From: an uncultured delta proteobacterium
Lineage (GTDB): Bacteria > Desulfobacterota > Desulfobacteria > Desulfobacterales > Desulfatirhabdiaceae
NCBI GenBank assembly: GCA_963789395.1
Contig: CAWBKP010000014.1
Coordinates: 192,001 to 256,000 of the forward strand
Length of the DNA: 64,000 bases
Direction: 5' to 3'
Every line of letters begins with the position of its first letter. Position 1 is the stretch's first letter. This document shows, one piece after another, positions 10,362 to 22,179 of this stretch. The translations under genes and the position numbers were made by a program. The notes under the pieces were generated by a model, which saw only the letters and a program-made list of their open reading frames with translations, searched no databases and was not told where the DNA came from.

Positions 10362-11072
10362 ATGGGTATTTTATATTTCATTCGACATGGCCAGGCCTCT
10401 TTCGGCCAGAAGAATTATGACCGGTTGTCGCCTGCGGGAATTCAACAGGCACGGATTCTCGGAGAATACCTGGCCGGAATCCGCTTTGTTTTTCATGAAG
10501 CTTACTGCGGCAATCTGGAGCGCCAGCAGCATACCGCCAGAGAAGTGATGGCCGGTTTCACGTCTGCGGGGATTAACTTCCCGTCCCCGGTAACCCAGGC
10601 GGCCTTTGATGAATACGACGCGTTTACGGTATGGAAGAATCAAACGCATAAAATGATACAGGAAAATGTGCTGCTGCCTGCGGATATCGATGAGACGCGA
10701 ACGGACAAACGAAAATTCCAACTGTTGTTTGAGCGGATCATGATGCGCTGGATTTCCGGAAATCATGACGCTCCAGGGGATATTCGCTGGAAAGATTTTG
10801 TAGACCGCGTTCTGTATGGCATCTCGGCGCTGACCAGCCATCATGGCTCCGGCCAGCATATTGCCGTTTTTACTTCAGGGGGTCCGATTGCCGTTGCCAT
10901 GCGTCTGGCCCTTGGCTTGACGGACTGTAAGACCATGGAAATATCCTGGCAGGTCATGAACGCTTCTATCAGTCGGTTTTATTTCAATTCCCGGGGGATT
11001 TTTCTGGCGGGATTCAACGATATCGCCCATCTGGCCATGAAACAGGACATGTCGCTATTAACCTATCGATAA
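10362..11072 (+). CDS. Histidine phosphatase (phosphoglycerate mutase-like) family protein
   Basis: FIRHGQAS motif; VFTSGGPI; NASIS. Confidence 0.9.
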   Translation: MGILYFIRHGQASFGQKNYDRLSPAGIQQARILGEYLAGIRFVFHEAYCGNLERQQHTAREVMAGFTSAGINFPSPVTQAAFDEYDAFTVWKNQTHKMIQENVLLPADIDETRTDKRKFQLLFERIMMRWISGNHDAPGDIRWKDFVDRVLYGISALTSHHGSGQHIAVFTSGGPIAVAMRLALGLTDCKTMEISWQVMNASISRFYFNSRGIFLAGFNDIAHLAMKQDMSLLTYR

Positions 11073-11134
11073 TGAAAACGGCAATTGCCGCATCCGACTT
11101 TTCACAACCCATAATTCAGCCGGGGAGACGGCGA

Positions 11135-11863
11135 ATGACTTTTGCGGAATTTCAAAAAAAATACGATCTTTCCAGACAGGACATCAGCCGAAAAACCTAT
11201 CTTGAAAATCGCGATACCATTCTCATTAAAAAAGAAGCAACGGCCGTAAAGAACCTGGAAAATATTTACGGCGCTACCCTCAAGATCGCCAACAAAAAAG
11301 GCTTTCAGGCCATGACCATGCGGGACCTGAGCCGTGAAACCGGCATGAGCATGGGTTCGCTCTATACATATTTTACCAGCAAGGAAGCGCTTCTGAAAAC
11401 CCTTCAGGAACAGCACCGCAGTTTTTTTGTCCGCATTCTGGAAGAATGCATCGCAGAAGAAAGTGATCCGGTGGCAAAACTGCGCACAGCCATTCTGACC
11501 CATCTCTACCTGAGCGAAGCCATGCAGCCATGGTTTTATTTTTCCTTTATGGAAGCCAAAAACCTGTCCCGGACGGAAAAGGAAAAGGCTGTGGCCAGTG
11601 AACTGGTGACCGAAAAAATGATCTGCGATGTGCTGGAACAGGGGCAGGAAACAGGCGTTTTTTGCCGGCATGACCCCCGGATGGGAGCCGGCATCATCAA
11701 GGCCATGCTTCAGGACTGGTATCTCAAGCGCAGCAAGCACGCCAGAAGACAGGTATCAATCGACCAGTATGCAGCATATCTTCAGCAATTCATTGAAGCA
11801 TTTTTTCTAAATGGAACCGGTCATCAGGCGTCAGGCATCACTGGCCATGCTCGCGGGTTTTGA
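11135..11863 (+). CDS. TetR/AcrR-family regulator
   Basis: [33 protein letters not shown]. Confidence 0.9.
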   Translation: MTFAEFQKKYDLSRQDISRKTYLENRDTILIKKEATAVKNLENIYGATLKIANKKGFQAMTMRDLSRETGMSMGSLYTYFTSKEALLKTLQEQHRSFFVRILEECIAEESDPVAKLRTAILTHLYLSEAMQPWFYFSFMEAKNLSRTEKEKAVASELVTEKMICDVLEQGQETGVFCRHDPRMGAGIIKAMLQDWYLKRSKHARRQVSIDQYAAYLQQFIEAFFLNGTGHQASGITGHARGF

Positions 11864-13427
11864 GAAATTCAACATCCGGCCATTGCTCCATTTCGTATCC
11901 CAGGCTCCACTCGCTTCTGGCAAGATATGCCAGATGGCCTTCGGCATCGCTGGCAAGCTGGGCCAGATTCTCTCTTTCAAAAACTGCCAGCCGGTTTTTG
12001 TCCGAACAGTAAATCCAGCGGGCAGTCGCATATTCCACGGACTCATATACGGCATCGACCCCGTATTCGTCCTTTAATCTGGCCATGGTCACATCAAACT
12101 GCAGCATACCGACTGCACCCAGAATATAGCTGTTGTCCAGTCTGGGGCGAAATACCTGAACCGCGCCTTCTTCAGCCAGCTGATAAAGCCCTTTGGTCAG
12201 CTGCTTGGTTTTCAAGGGGTTTTTCAGACGCACCCTTCGGAAATGTTCCGGGGCAAAATTCGGAATCCCGGTGAATTTCAGCGGCTCTTTGATCGTAAAC
12301 GTATCGCCGACCTTGATGGTACCGTGATTGTGAATGCCGATGATGTCCCCGGGATAGGCCTCCTCGACGTGGGCTCTGTCCTGTGCCATGAAGATGGTGG
12401 CATTGGACAGGGCCACTTCTTTTCCGATCCGGTGATGGAGAACCTTCATCCCCCTCGTGAACTTCCCGGAACAGATCCGTAAAAAAGCGATCCGGTCCCG
12501 ATGCGCGGGATCCATGTTGGCCTGGATTTTAAACACAAAACCTGAAAAATCGGCTTCACCCGGAAGCACCTCCCGCGTTGTCGTCTGTCTGGACCGGGGG
12601 GCGGGAGCCATTTCAACAAAGGAATCCAGCAGTTCCTGAACGCCGAAGTTATTGACGGCGCTGCCGAAAAAAACCGGACTCTGGTTACCCTTGAGAAATT
12701 CGGATGGATCAAAGGGGTTTGCCGCCCCCATGAGAAGATCAATGTCCTCGCGGAGTTCGTTGGCCTGGTCTCCAAGCAGCGCATCCAGCCGGGGGTCCAG
12801 AATGTCTTCGATAACGATTCCGTCCTGCTGGCGGACTTCTCTTCCAGGCGTGAACAGATGAAGGGATTTACGGTAAAGGTTATAAACCCCCTTGAACCGC
12901 TTACCGGAACCCACGGGCCAGGAAAGCGGCGAGCATTCGATCTGAAGCCGGTTTTCGATATCTTCCAGAAGATCAAGGGGGGCCATGCCTTCCCGGTCCA
13001 TTTTGTTGATAAAGGTGATAATGGGGGTGTTTCGCATGCGGCAGACCGCCATCAGTTTTTCCGTCTGCGTCTCGACACCCTTGGCGCTGTCGATGACCAT
13101 GAGCGCGCTGTCCACCGCCGTAAGCACCCTGTAGGTATCTTCGGAAAAATCCTGATGCCCGGGTGTATCCAGCAGGTTGATTTCAAAATCCCGGTAATTG
13201 AATTTCATGACCGATGTGGTAACGGAAATCCCCCGCTCTTTTTCAACAGACATCCAGTCGCTGGTGGCATGCCGTGCGGCCTTTCTGGCCTTGACAGCTC
13301 CGGCAAGCTGAATGGCGCCGCCGAACAAGAGGAGTTTTTCGGTCAACGTGGTTTTTCCGGCATCCGGATGGCTGATAATGCCAAAGGTTCTGCGCCGGTT
13401 TATCTCATCTGTATAATTGCTCTGCAT
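11838..13427 (-). CDS. prfC: Peptide chain release factor 3
   Basis: [50 protein letters not shown]. Confidence 0.97.
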   Translation of the reverse strand: MQSNYTDEINRRRTFGIISHPDAGKTTLTEKLLLFGGAIQLAGAVKARKAARHATSDWMSVEKERGISVTTSVMKFNYRDFEINLLDTPGHQDFSEDTYRVLTAVDSALMVIDSAKGVETQTEKLMAVCRMRNTPIITFINKMDREGMAPLDLLEDIENRLQIECSPLSWPVGSGKRFKGVYNLYRKSLHLFTPGREVRQQDGIVIEDILDPRLDALLGDQANELREDIDLLMGAANPFDPSEFLKGNQSPVFFGSAVNNFGVQELLDSFVEMAPAPRSRQTTTREVLPGEADFSGFVFKIQANMDPAHRDRIAFLRICSGKFTRGMKVLHHRIGKEVALSNATIFMAQDRAHVEEAYPGDIIGIHNHGTIKVGDTFTIKEPLKFTGIPNFAPEHFRRVRLKNPLKTKQLTKGLYQLAEEGAVQVFRPRLDNSYILGAVGMLQFDVTMARLKDEYGVDAVYESVEYATARWIYCSDKNRLAVFERENLAQLASDAEGHLAYLARSEWSLGYEMEQWPDVEFLKTREHGQ

Positions 13428-13672
13428 CGTGTGAACCTCAACAACCGTTCCAAGGCACATAAAAATGGAAAAATTTCAATTTATTGTCGTACTGGATATT
13501 GACAGATCAGGGGATTTCTTTGTAGATGACTAGATGTTGGAAATTCCTGTTCATGCTGGGTCCGGAGGCATGCTTCAGAAACGGCAATACATCTTCTGGA
13601 TTTTCTGAACGTCATTATGCTGTTATTATAACCTGTAAATATAACCCATTCTTTACTGGATAGCAACAGATT

Positions 13673-14386
13673 ATGGAAAAACTGCCGCCGCAGACCTACG
13701 ACAAGTACATCAAGGGCATCATGGATATCAGCCGGGCCATTACCTCTGATCTGTACCAGGAAGACATTCTGAAACTGATCGTGATGGTAACCGCCAAAGT
13801 CACCGGTGTGGAAATCTGTTCGCTCTGGCTGATCGATGAAGGATCAGATCCATTGAAAATCCGGCTGACAGCCACCCAGGCCATTGATCCGGATTATCTC
13901 AAGGATCGGTCGCTGAGCATGGATGAAGGGATTGTAGGATATGTTGCCACGCATAAAATGCCGGTGATCATTCCCAATGTCCTGAAGGAACCCCGTTTCA
14001 AGGAAAAAGACATGGCCAAGCGCCTGGGTCTGGTATCCATGGTCAGTGTTCCGCTTCAGGTCAAGCATGAAAAAGTCATCGGCGTTCTCAACTGCTTTAC
14101 CGCCGAACCCCATGCATTTTCCGAAACCGAGGTCAATCTGATCCAGACCGTTGCCAATCAGGCTGCGGTTGCCATTGTTAACACCGAATTGATGGTAAAA
14201 ACACGGGTGATTCAGGAGGAATTGGAAACGCGCAAACTCGTTGAACGGGCAAAGGAGATTCTCATGCTTCGCAGGGATAAAACCGGGGAGCAGGCCTATC
14301 GCTGGATTCAGAAGCGAAGCATGACCACCCGCAAATCCATGCGCAGTGTGGCTGAAGCCATTTTACTCTCTGAAGAACTGGATTAA
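13673..14386 (+). CDS. GAF and ANTAR domain RNA-binding antiterminator
   Basis: N-terminal GAF; C-terminal LETRKLVERAKEILM...AYRWIQKRSM...MRSVAEAI (ANTAR). Confidence 0.9.
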   Translation: MEKLPPQTYDKYIKGIMDISRAITSDLYQEDILKLIVMVTAKVTGVEICSLWLIDEGSDPLKIRLTATQAIDPDYLKDRSLSMDEGIVGYVATHKMPVIIPNVLKEPRFKEKDMAKRLGLVSMVSVPLQVKHEKVIGVLNCFTAEPHAFSETEVNLIQTVANQAAVAIVNTELMVKTRVIQEELETRKLVERAKEILMLRRDKTGEQAYRWIQKRSMTTRKSMRSVAEAILLSEELD

Positions 14387-14788
14387 TCAGCCACCTGCAA
14401 CATACAGACCCCGTCGCTTTCGCTGGATCTTTCCGGTCTTATGAAGCCGATGGAGAATGTTGCGGATTTTTTTTTCATCAAAATGCGTGATTTCGGATAT
14501 TCCGGCATAATCCAGGCCCTGAGCAGAACCCTTGATCGCTTTTAAAATGACCCCTGAAGCGTTCAATGTCTGGCCGGAACCTGACATGCGGGTGTTGCCG
14601 CTACCGGCGCTGGAACCTCCGGAACGTTTGGGCTTTCCGCAAATAGCATTCTTTTTGATGGTTTTTTCCAGCTGGTCCAGCCGGTTCACAATTCTTTGAA
14701 TATCCTGTCGGGTGGGTATTTCAAAGCGAATCATGAAAAATTTTATCATCGCATCAAAACTTACCGATTTACCGCTTTTTTTAGCCAT
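14387..14788 (-). CDS. Hypothetical protein: short coiled-coil N-terminus plus C-terminal winged-helix-like domain
   Basis: IPTRQDIQRIVNRLDQLE; LDYAGISEITHFDEKKIRNILHRLHKTGKIQRKRRGLY. Confidence 0.7.
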   Translation of the reverse strand: MAKKSGKSVSFDAMIKFFMIRFEIPTRQDIQRIVNRLDQLEKTIKKNAICGKPKRSGGSSAGSGNTRMSGSGQTLNASGVILKAIKGSAQGLDYAGISEITHFDEKKIRNILHRLHKTGKIQRKRRGLYVAGG

Positions 14789-14984
14789 GGTTTTTCCTGT
14801 TCGCAGAAAATCATTGTTGATGGCTGAGCTAGGATAATTACATTGACGCGTCATGGTCGGATGATCATGAAAGAGATATTATTGTTTTTTTGATGGTTTT
14901 ATATTATTTATTGTAAATGGATTTTGGAATATTTCAATAAAAATTCCGGGGATGCAGTTAAATTCTCTGTTCGGGAAGGCAAAA

Positions 14985-15467
14985 ATGGAAGATAACAAAC
15001 CGCCCATCATCATGGGCAGTGATCATGCGGCCTACGATCTGAAAGAATACCTGAAAGCGTTTATAAAGCAAAAAGGCATTGAAATTCAGGATATTGGCGC
15101 GCACAGCGCCCAATCTGTCGATTATCCGGATTTTGCATTTCAGGTAGCTGCCGCTGTTTCAGCCGGAGAATATTCCCGCGGCATTCTGCTTTGCGGCACT
15201 GGCCTGGGAATGTCCATGGTGGCCAATAAATTTCCGCATGTCCGTGCAGCATTATGCAACGACCTGTTCTCCGCGATCATGAGCAGGCGCCATAACAACG
15301 CCAATATTCTGGTCATGGGAGGGCGGGTCATCGGCGATGTTCTGGCAAAGGAGATCGTTACCGCGTGGCTGGAAACCCCTTTTGAAGGTGGCAGACATCA
15401 AAAGCGGCTCGATAAATTTGAGAAAATGGGCTGTATGTTCCCTGGTGACACCCCCCCTTGCCAATAA
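14985..15467 (+). CDS. rpiB: Ribose-5-phosphate isomerase B
   Basis: GSDHAA, SVDYPD, CGTGLGMS, RRHNNANIL, FEGGRH. Confidence 0.95.
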   Translation: MEDNKPPIIMGSDHAAYDLKEYLKAFIKQKGIEIQDIGAHSAQSVDYPDFAFQVAAAVSAGEYSRGILLCGTGLGMSMVANKFPHVRAALCNDLFSAIMSRRHNNANILVMGGRVIGDVLAKEIVTAWLETPFEGGRHQKRLDKFEKMGCMFPGDTPPCQ

Positions 15468-15502
15468 CCACCAATAACCACTAAACCGTTCAGAGGCACC
15501 AC

Positions 15503-16747
15503 TTGATCTTATCCACAATCGAACGCATCGACCCGGAAATTGCGGGGGTGATTGCAAGGGAGTATGAAAGACAGGAGAATACACTGGAGCTGATCGCTTC
15601 GGAAAATATTGCCAGTCAGGCTGTTATGGATGCCCAGGGAAGCGTATTGACCAATAAATACGCCGAAGGGTATCCGGGCAAACGCTATTACGGCGGATGT
15701 GAATGGGTGGATGTGGCGGAAAATCTGGCCATCGAAAGGGCAAACCAGCTGTTTCATTCCACCTATGCCAATGTCCAGCCCCACTCCGGATCTCAGGCCA
15801 ACATGTCCGTATATTTTGCATTTCTCAATCCCGGAGATACCATTCTGGGCATGAACCTTTCCCACGGGGGGCATCTGACGCATGGAAGCCCGGTCAGTTT
15901 TTCAGGCAGGTTTTACAAGACCGCCCACTACGGGGTTGATGCCCGGACCGGATGCATCGATTATGATGCGGTTGAAGACATCGCCCAAAAAATCAAACCC
16001 AACATGATTATCGCCGGCGCCAGTGCCTATGCGCGAACCCTCGATTTTGAGGCGTTTGCCCGGATCGCCCGATCCGCCGGCGCCTATTTGATGGTGGATA
16101 TGGCGCATATCGCGGGCCTGGTGGCCGCCGGCCTGCATCCTTCACCAGTTCCCCACGCCGATGTCGTGACCTCGACGACCCACAAAACCCTCAGGGGCCC
16201 TCGCGGCGGTCTGATCGTATCGGCAACGCCCTGCAGCGACAAGTTGAACCGGCAGGTTTTTCCCGGCATCCAGGGCGGCCCGCTCATGCATGTCATCGCC
16301 GCAAAAGCCGTTGCCTTCAAGCTGGCACTGACGGATGAATTCAAATCCTATCAGCAGGATGTCGTCACCAATGCCAAAACCCTTTCCACCTGCCTGATGG
16401 AGAACGGGGTCAATCTGGTATCGAACGGCACCGACAACCACATGATGCTTGTGGATTTAACCAACCTGGACATCACCGGCAAAGATGCTGAAATCGCTCT
16501 GGGAAAATCCGGAATCACCGTCAACAAGAATTCGATTCCTTTTGAAACCCGAAGCCCCCAGGTAACCAGCGGCATTCGCATCGGAACCCCTGCCGTGACC
16601 ACACGGGGGATGCGGACGCCGGAAATGGCGATGATTGCCGAGCTGATCGTTTCGGTGCTGAAAAAGCCTTTTGCGGAAACGGTCATTGCACGGACTCGGC
16701 AAAAAGTTCATGATCTCTGTACGGCATTTCCGATGTATCATCGTTAA
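15503..16747 (+). CDS. glyA: Serine hydroxymethyltransferase
   Basis: [32 protein letters not shown]. Confidence 0.97.
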   Translation: MILSTIERIDPEIAGVIAREYERQENTLELIASENIASQAVMDAQGSVLTNKYAEGYPGKRYYGGCEWVDVAENLAIERANQLFHSTYANVQPHSGSQANMSVYFAFLNPGDTILGMNLSHGGHLTHGSPVSFSGRFYKTAHYGVDARTGCIDYDAVEDIAQKIKPNMIIAGASAYARTLDFEAFARIARSAGAYLMVDMAHIAGLVAAGLHPSPVPHADVVTSTTHKTLRGPRGGLIVSATPCSDKLNRQVFPGIQGGPLMHVIAAKAVAFKLALTDEFKSYQQDVVTNAKTLSTCLMENGVNLVSNGTDNHMMLVDLTNLDITGKDAEIALGKSGITVNKNSIPFETRSPQVTSGIRIGTPAVTTRGMRTPEMAMIAELIVSVLKKPFAETVIARTRQKVHDLCTAFPMYHR

Positions 16748-16823
16748 TACTGCATATCAGATCAGCGTTGCGTTGCATCCGGTAATATTCACCGATTTTT
16801 CGAAAGGCCTGAACAGGGAGTCA

Positions 16824-17312
16824 ATGCAAGACAGGAATCCACATATCGTATTTTCTGAGAAAACCAGTGTCAGCCGACCATCCTGGGAAACCTATTTCAT
16901 GGATATCGCCAGACTGGTTGCCAGCCGGTCCACATGCCGAAGACGTTCCGTAGGCGCGGTGATTGTCAAGGACAAACGCATCCTCTCAACGGGCTACAAC
17001 GGGGCGCCATCGGGATTGTCTCACTGTCTGGATATCGGATGTCTCCGGGAAAAACTCATGGTGGCCTCTGGCCAGCGGCATGAACTGTGCCGGGGGATTC
17101 ATGCGGAACAGAATGCCATCATTCAGGCGGCTTATCATGGCTTTTCCATTAAAACTTCCGTGTTGTATTGCACGAATCTTCCCTGCGCCATCTGCACCAA
17201 GATGATCATCAATGCGGGGATTTGCCGGATATACTATCAAGAAGGCTATGCAGACGAGCTGTCGCTAACGATGCTCGGCGAGGCCGGCATTGAGGTCATT
17301 CAGACATTGTGA
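16824..17312 (+). CDS. dCMP/cytidine deaminase family protein
   Basis: [25 protein letters not shown]. Confidence 0.92.
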   Translation: MQDRNPHIVFSEKTSVSRPSWETYFMDIARLVASRSTCRRRSVGAVIVKDKRILSTGYNGAPSGLSHCLDIGCLREKLMVASGQRHELCRGIHAEQNAIIQAAYHGFSIKTSVLYCTNLPCAICTKMIINAGICRIYYQEGYADELSLTMLGEAGIEVIQTL

Positions 17313-17349
17313 CACCGGCTGACGTTTTTCATTCTTCCGGTATCGGCAC

Positions 17350-17416
17350 TTTGAATTTGTTTCGAGTTTCGGACTTCGATATTCGGATTTTGCCTGATCG
17401 GCCTTTCCGTTCAGGC
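17350..17416 (-). repeat. Dispersed palindrome plus heptad-repeat element, copy A (partial, reversed)
   Basis: GCCTGATCGG-ccttt-CCGTTCAGGC with adjacent TTCGAGT/TTCGGAC/TTCGATA/TTCGGAT heptads. Confidence 0.8.
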
Positions 17417-17470
17417 ACATGCTCATTGCTGAGAAAAAATGTTCTTGCCGCATATGGGGGAGTAAGCTGA

Positions 17471-17932
17471 ATGAAATGTCCGTTTTGCGCAGATACGGAA
17501 AATAAAGTCATTGACTCCAGGTTGAGCAAGGAAGGGTATGTGATTCGGCGGCGACGGGAATGCCTGGCCTGCAACCGGCGCTTTACTACCTATGAACGGA
17601 TTGAAGAAATTCCCTTGATGATAATCAAGAAAGACGGCCGCCGGGAGGAATTCAACCGGGATAAAATTCGAAGCGGCATTACCAAAGCCTGCGAGAAACG
17701 CAATGTCAGCATGAACAGTATCGAAGACTTTCTGGATGAGCTGGAACAGGAACTGCGTGAAACCGGAAAAAAGGAAATCCCGTCCGCTGTCGTGGGCGAG
17801 CGGGTGATCACCCGGCTGCATGACCTGGATGAGATTGCCTATGTCCGGTTTGCCTCCGTTTACAGGGAATTTAAAGATGTGAACGATTTTGTCCAGGAGC
17901 TGAAGCTGATGCTGGAAAACAACCGACCGTGA
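17471..17932 (+). CDS. nrdR: Transcriptional repressor NrdR
   Basis: MKCPFC...RRRRECLAC...RFTTYE; ATP cone; YVRFASVY. Confidence 0.97.
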   Translation: MKCPFCADTENKVIDSRLSKEGYVIRRRRECLACNRRFTTYERIEEIPLMIIKKDGRREEFNRDKIRSGITKACEKRNVSMNSIEDFLDELEQELRETGKKEIPSAVVGERVITRLHDLDEIAYVRFASVYREFKDVNDFVQELKLMLENNRP

Positions 17933-19040
17933 CGGATCACGGCACATACATGCGGATGGCCCTCGATCTGGCTGCAAAAGGGGCGGGATATACGTCTCCC
18001 AACCCGATGGTCGGAGCCGTGGTCGTGGATCCGGACGGCAGGATCGTCGGACGGGGATATCATCAGTCGGTTGGCGGGCCCCACGCTGAAGTTCATGCCA
18101 TTGACAATGCGGGACCTGCTGCAAAAGGGGCGACCCTGTTTGTCACCCTTGAACCCTGCAACCACAGCGGCCGGACACCGCCCTGCACCCAGAAAATCCT
18201 GGATGCGGGAATTGCGCATGTCGTGGTCGCCATGACGGACCCCAACCCGGGCGTCACGGGCGGCGGCAACGCCCATCTGATTGCAAGGGGCGTCAAGGTT
18301 ACGGTGGGCGTGTGTGAAGAACAGGCAAGACAGCTGAATGAAGCCTTTATCAAATTCATGACCACCGGAAGGCCGTTTGTCACCCTGAAATGCGCCGCCA
18401 CACTGGACGGCAGGCTGGCCACGCGGACCGGAGACTCCAGATGGGTGACGGGAGAAGCCTCCAGAGCCTATGTTCACAGCCTCAGGCACGCACACGATGC
18501 AATTCTGGTAGGCGCAGGAACCGTAAAAACAGACAACCCCATGTTGACAACCCGGATTCCCGCCTCCCCGGATGGCAGAAAGCCCAAAGATCCGTTGCGG
18601 ATCATTCTGGACACCCGCCTGACGATCCCGGATACTGCCTTCGTGCTTCACCCTGAATCCGATGCGGAAACCCTGATTGTCACCGGACCGATCGACGCTG
18701 AGCGGCAAAACGCCCTTCCCCGGAATCAGAAAGTCCGGATACTGGAATACCCGCTTCAAAACGGTCGGATCGACCTGAACGCGCTGATGGACGGCCTCGG
18801 AAACATGGGGGTGACCAGCCTTTTGATTGAAGGCGGCAGCCGGGTGATTGCCGCTTCTCTGGCCGCCGGCATCGTGGATAAGGTTCTCTTTTTTATGCCC
18901 CCAAGATATTGGGCGGTGATGACGGTGTGCCGATCTGCAAGGGGCCCGGCCCCGAATTGATGAAAGACTGCATTCCGGTAAACACGATAACGGTTCGACG
19001 GTTTGATCAGGACATCCTCATCGAAGGCTATCTGAAATAA
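17929..19040 (+). CDS. ribD: Riboflavin biosynthesis deaminase/reductase; one frameshift at the T-run near 18890
   Basis: PNPMVG, HAEV, TLEPCNH..TPPC, IEGG; C-terminus YAPKILGG...IEGYLK* continues in another frame. Confidence 0.93.
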
Positions 19041-19114
19041 GCCGTAACCGCGCTCAGAGCTTTGGTACCAGGGGTTAATTTTTTTGTTTCTTTGACTTTT
19101 TTACGGGAATATAT

Positions 19115-19774
19115 ATGTTTACGGGTATTATTGAGGGACAGGGAACCATTGCGGCGATTCAACCCTCGGGAACAGGCAGACGGCTGACCGTTACCACCGG
19201 ATTTGATCTGACGCACAGCCGGGTCGGCGACAGCATTGCCGTCAACGGCGCCTGCCTGACCGCGGTAGAGATCGGCAGCCGCCGTTTTGTGGCGGATGTG
19301 TCTCCGGAAACCCTGGACCGGACGACATTCGGAAAATCCAAAATCGGCCAGAAGGTCAATCTGGAACGCGCGCTCCGGCTTTCCGACCGCATCGACGGCC
19401 ATCTGGTTTCCGGCCATATCGACGGCATGGGAACCATTGCTCAGAAAAAAGCCGATGGAAATGCCGTGATCGTCACGATTACGGTTCCGGAGTCGCTATC
19501 CCGTTACATGATTCAAAAAGGATCTGTTGCCGTGGACGGCATCAGCCTGACCGTTAACCGGTGTTCAGCGGAAAATTTTGAAGTCAGCATCATTCCCCAC
19601 ACCGCCGGACTCACCACCATCGGGGTCAAGACAGCCGGAGATCCGGTCAACATAGAAACCGATATGATCGGAAAATATGTGGAGCGGTTTTTGATGCCGC
19701 ATCATCAACAAAAAGCGCATGATGCTTCCGCCGGCCTGGATATGCAGTTTCTGGCCAGGTCCGGTTTTTTATAA
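19115..19774 (+). CDS. ribE: Riboflavin synthase (alpha chain)
   Basis: MFTGIIE, GDSIAVNGACLT, GHLVSGHID. Confidence 0.95.
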   Translation: MFTGIIEGQGTIAAIQPSGTGRRLTVTTGFDLTHSRVGDSIAVNGACLTAVEIGSRRFVADVSPETLDRTTFGKSKIGQKVNLERALRLSDRIDGHLVSGHIDGMGTIAQKKADGNAVIVTITVPESLSRYMIQKGSVAVDGISLTVNRCSAENFEVSIIPHTAGLTTIGVKTAGDPVNIETDMIGKYVERFLMPHHQQKAHDASAGLDMQFLARSGFL

Positions 19775-19806
19775 CAGACGTCATTTAAGGAGAATAATTT
19801 TACGAA

Positions 19807-21021
19807 ATGCCACTGATATCAATAGAACAAGCGATTGAAGATATTAAAGCCGGAAAAATGGTGATTCTGGTGGATGATGAGGACCGGGAAAACGAAGGCG
19901 ATCTGACCATCGCAGCCGAGAAAGTTACCCCGGAGATCATCAATTTCATGGCCCGCTTCGGCAGGGGTCTGATCTGCCTGTCGATGACAGGTGAAAAGCT
20001 GGACAGCCTGAATCTGCCGATGATGGTCAAGGACAACACCTCGCCGTTCAATACGGGGTTTACCGTGTCCATCGAAGCCCGGCGCGGCGTAACAACCGGC
20101 ATCTCGGCGGCGGATCGCGCCACCACCATCCTGACGGCCATTGCCGATGACACCAAACCCGGTGATCTGGTCAGACCCGGGCATATTTTCCCGTTACGGG
20201 CCAGAAAAGGCGGGGTGATGGTCAGGGCCGGACAGACCGAAGGCTCTGTCGATCTGGCCAGACTGGCCGGATTAAAACCGGCAGGCGTCATCTGCGAAAT
20301 CATGGACGAAGACGGCACCATGTCCCGAATGCCGTCACTTGAAATATTCAGTGAAGAACACGGCATCGGCATCTGTACCATTGCCGATCTCATCGAATAC
20401 CGGATGCGGATGGAATCCTTTGTCCGCCGGTCCGCGGAAGCCGTCATTCCCACGGCCTTTGCCGGTGAATTCAAAGTAATCGTTTATGAAAACGACGTCG
20501 ATGACCTGCTGCATGTTGCGCTGGTTAAAGGGGAAATTTCTTCCGAACAGCCGATTCTGGTTCGGGTTCACTCCGAATGCCTGACCGGTGACGTGTTCGG
20601 CTCCTTGCGATGCGACTGCGGGGATCAACTGCATAAGGCCATGGAGATGATGGACAGGGAGGGTTCCGGCATTCTGCTTTACATGCGGCAGGAAGGAAGG
20701 GGGATCGGCCTTGTCAACAAATTGAAGGCATATGTGCTGCAGGACCAGGGAATGGATACGGTTGAGGCCAATCTTGAACTCGGCTTTCAGGCGGATATGC
20801 GTAATTACGGCATCGGCGCCCAGGTGCTGGTTGATCTCGGTGTCAAAAAAATGAGGCTCCTGACCAATAATCCCAAAAAAATCATCGGTCTTGACGGGTA
20901 TGGGTTGAGCCTTATCGAACAGATTCCCATTGAAATCGAACCCAATGAATTCAACCGGTGCTACCTGGAGTGCAAACAATCCAAGATGGGGCATCTGCTG
21001 CATGTTGACCGAACCCCTTAA
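19807..21021 (+). CDS. ribBA: Bifunctional DHBP synthase / GTP cyclohydrolase II
   Basis: [32 protein letters not shown]. Confidence 0.97.
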   Translation: MPLISIEQAIEDIKAGKMVILVDDEDRENEGDLTIAAEKVTPEIINFMARFGRGLICLSMTGEKLDSLNLPMMVKDNTSPFNTGFTVSIEARRGVTTGISAADRATTILTAIADDTKPGDLVRPGHIFPLRARKGGVMVRAGQTEGSVDLARLAGLKPAGVICEIMDEDGTMSRMPSLEIFSEEHGIGICTIADLIEYRMRMESFVRRSAEAVIPTAFAGEFKVIVYENDVDDLLHVALVKGEISSEQPILVRVHSECLTGDVFGSLRCDCGDQLHKAMEMMDREGSGILLYMRQEGRGIGLVNKLKAYVLQDQGMDTVEANLELGFQADMRNYGIGAQVLVDLGVKKMRLLTNNPKKIIGLDGYGLSLIEQIPIEIEPNEFNRCYLECKQSKMGHLLHVDRTP

Positions 21022-21035
21022 GGAGGACTTCTTTC

Positions 21036-21509
21036 ATGCCCAACATTATCGAAGCCAAACTGCTTGCCGAAGGGAAAAAATTCGCCCTCGTGGTGAGCCG
21101 ATTCAATGATTTTATTACCGACAAGCTGGTGGGAGGGGCTGTGGATGCCCTTGTCCGCTCAGGCGCGGCAGCCCAGGACATCGACATCGTCAAAGTGCCG
21201 GGCGCTTTTGAAATCCCGCTCGTTGCAAAAAAAATGGCGAAAAAAGGCATCTACCATGCCATCATCTGCCTGGGGGCCGTCATTCGCGGAGCAACGCCGC
21301 ATTTTGAATATGTCAGCTCGGAAGTCACCAAGGGCATTGCCATGGTCAGCCTTGAATTTGAAATTCCCGTCATTTTCGGAATCGTCACAACCGATACCAT
21401 CGAGCAGGCCATTGAACGGGCCGGCACAAAGGCTGGAAATAAAGGCTGGCATGCGGCGATATCCGCCATTGAAATGGCGAATTTGATCCAGGACATCGAC
21501 CAGGCATAA
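21036..21509 (+). CDS. ribH: 6,7-dimethyl-8-ribityllumazine synthase
   Basis: [22 protein letters not shown]. Confidence 0.97.
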   Translation: MPNIIEAKLLAEGKKFALVVSRFNDFITDKLVGGAVDALVRSGAAAQDIDIVKVPGAFEIPLVAKKMAKKGIYHAIICLGAVIRGATPHFEYVSSEVTKGIAMVSLEFEIPVIFGIVTTDTIEQAIERAGTKAGNKGWHAAISAIEMANLIQDIDQA

Positions 21510-21512
21510 TTT

Positions 21513-22142
21513 ATGGGAAATCGTCGCAAATCGCGGGAGCTTGCTATTCAAGCCCTTTTTTTTATGGATATGAATGACCGTTTCGCGGAAGAGAAACTCT
21601 CCCTTTTCTGCGAGAATTTTCTGCCCTCTTCTCAGATTCGCCCGTTTTTTTTGAATCTCGTCCGCGGGGTGTCTTCTGCCAGAACTGAAATTGACACCCT
21701 GATCGAGCGCTTTTCGAATAACTGGAAAATCAGCCGGATGTCCGGTGTTGACCGCAATATTATGCGGGTGGCTGTTTTTGAAATGCTGTGCTGTAAAGAC
21801 ATTCCCAGCAAAGTATCCATCAATGAGGCCATCGATCTTGGGAAAAAATTCGGAACCGATGAATCCGGCGCTTTTGTGAACGGCATCCTGGACAGCATCC
21901 GCCTGGCAATGGAAACTGAAGATTTGTCCATTCCAGTCAATGGGAGCTGCGAATTCATCCCGGACATGCCGGAACCCGATCTGTCCGACCAGGATTCCGA
22001 TCTTGAGGGAGAAGATGGTGTTCCGGATTTTTCTCTTGAACCTGAACCTGAATTTTATTCCCAGGATGACGATGGCTCCCGGCAGCAGCCGGAGCCCTCA
22101 AGCCCGGCACCGAAAAAACCCCGAAGAACCCTGATCCGCTAA
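21513..22142 (+). CDS. nusB: Transcription antitermination factor NusB with acidic C-terminal tail
   Basis: [31 protein letters not shown]. Confidence 0.95.
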   Translation: MGNRRKSRELAIQALFFMDMNDRFAEEKLSLFCENFLPSSQIRPFFLNLVRGVSSARTEIDTLIERFSNNWKISRMSGVDRNIMRVAVFEMLCCKDIPSKVSINEAIDLGKKFGTDESGAFVNGILDSIRLAMETEDLSIPVNGSCEFIPDMPEPDLSDQDSDLEGEDGVPDFSLEPEPEFYSQDDDGSRQQPEPSSPAPKKPRRTLIR

Positions 22143-22179
22143 TCAGCCGAAACGTGAACGACAGATAAAGGAGAATTTC

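Noticed and set aside
15461..15487. CCAATAACCA tandem duplication after rpiB
   Set aside because: Two 10-bp copies only; likely slippage with no evident function.
18885..18900. Programmed frameshift in ribD
   Set aside because: A single indel in a T homopolymer of a conserved gene is most simply a sequencing error.
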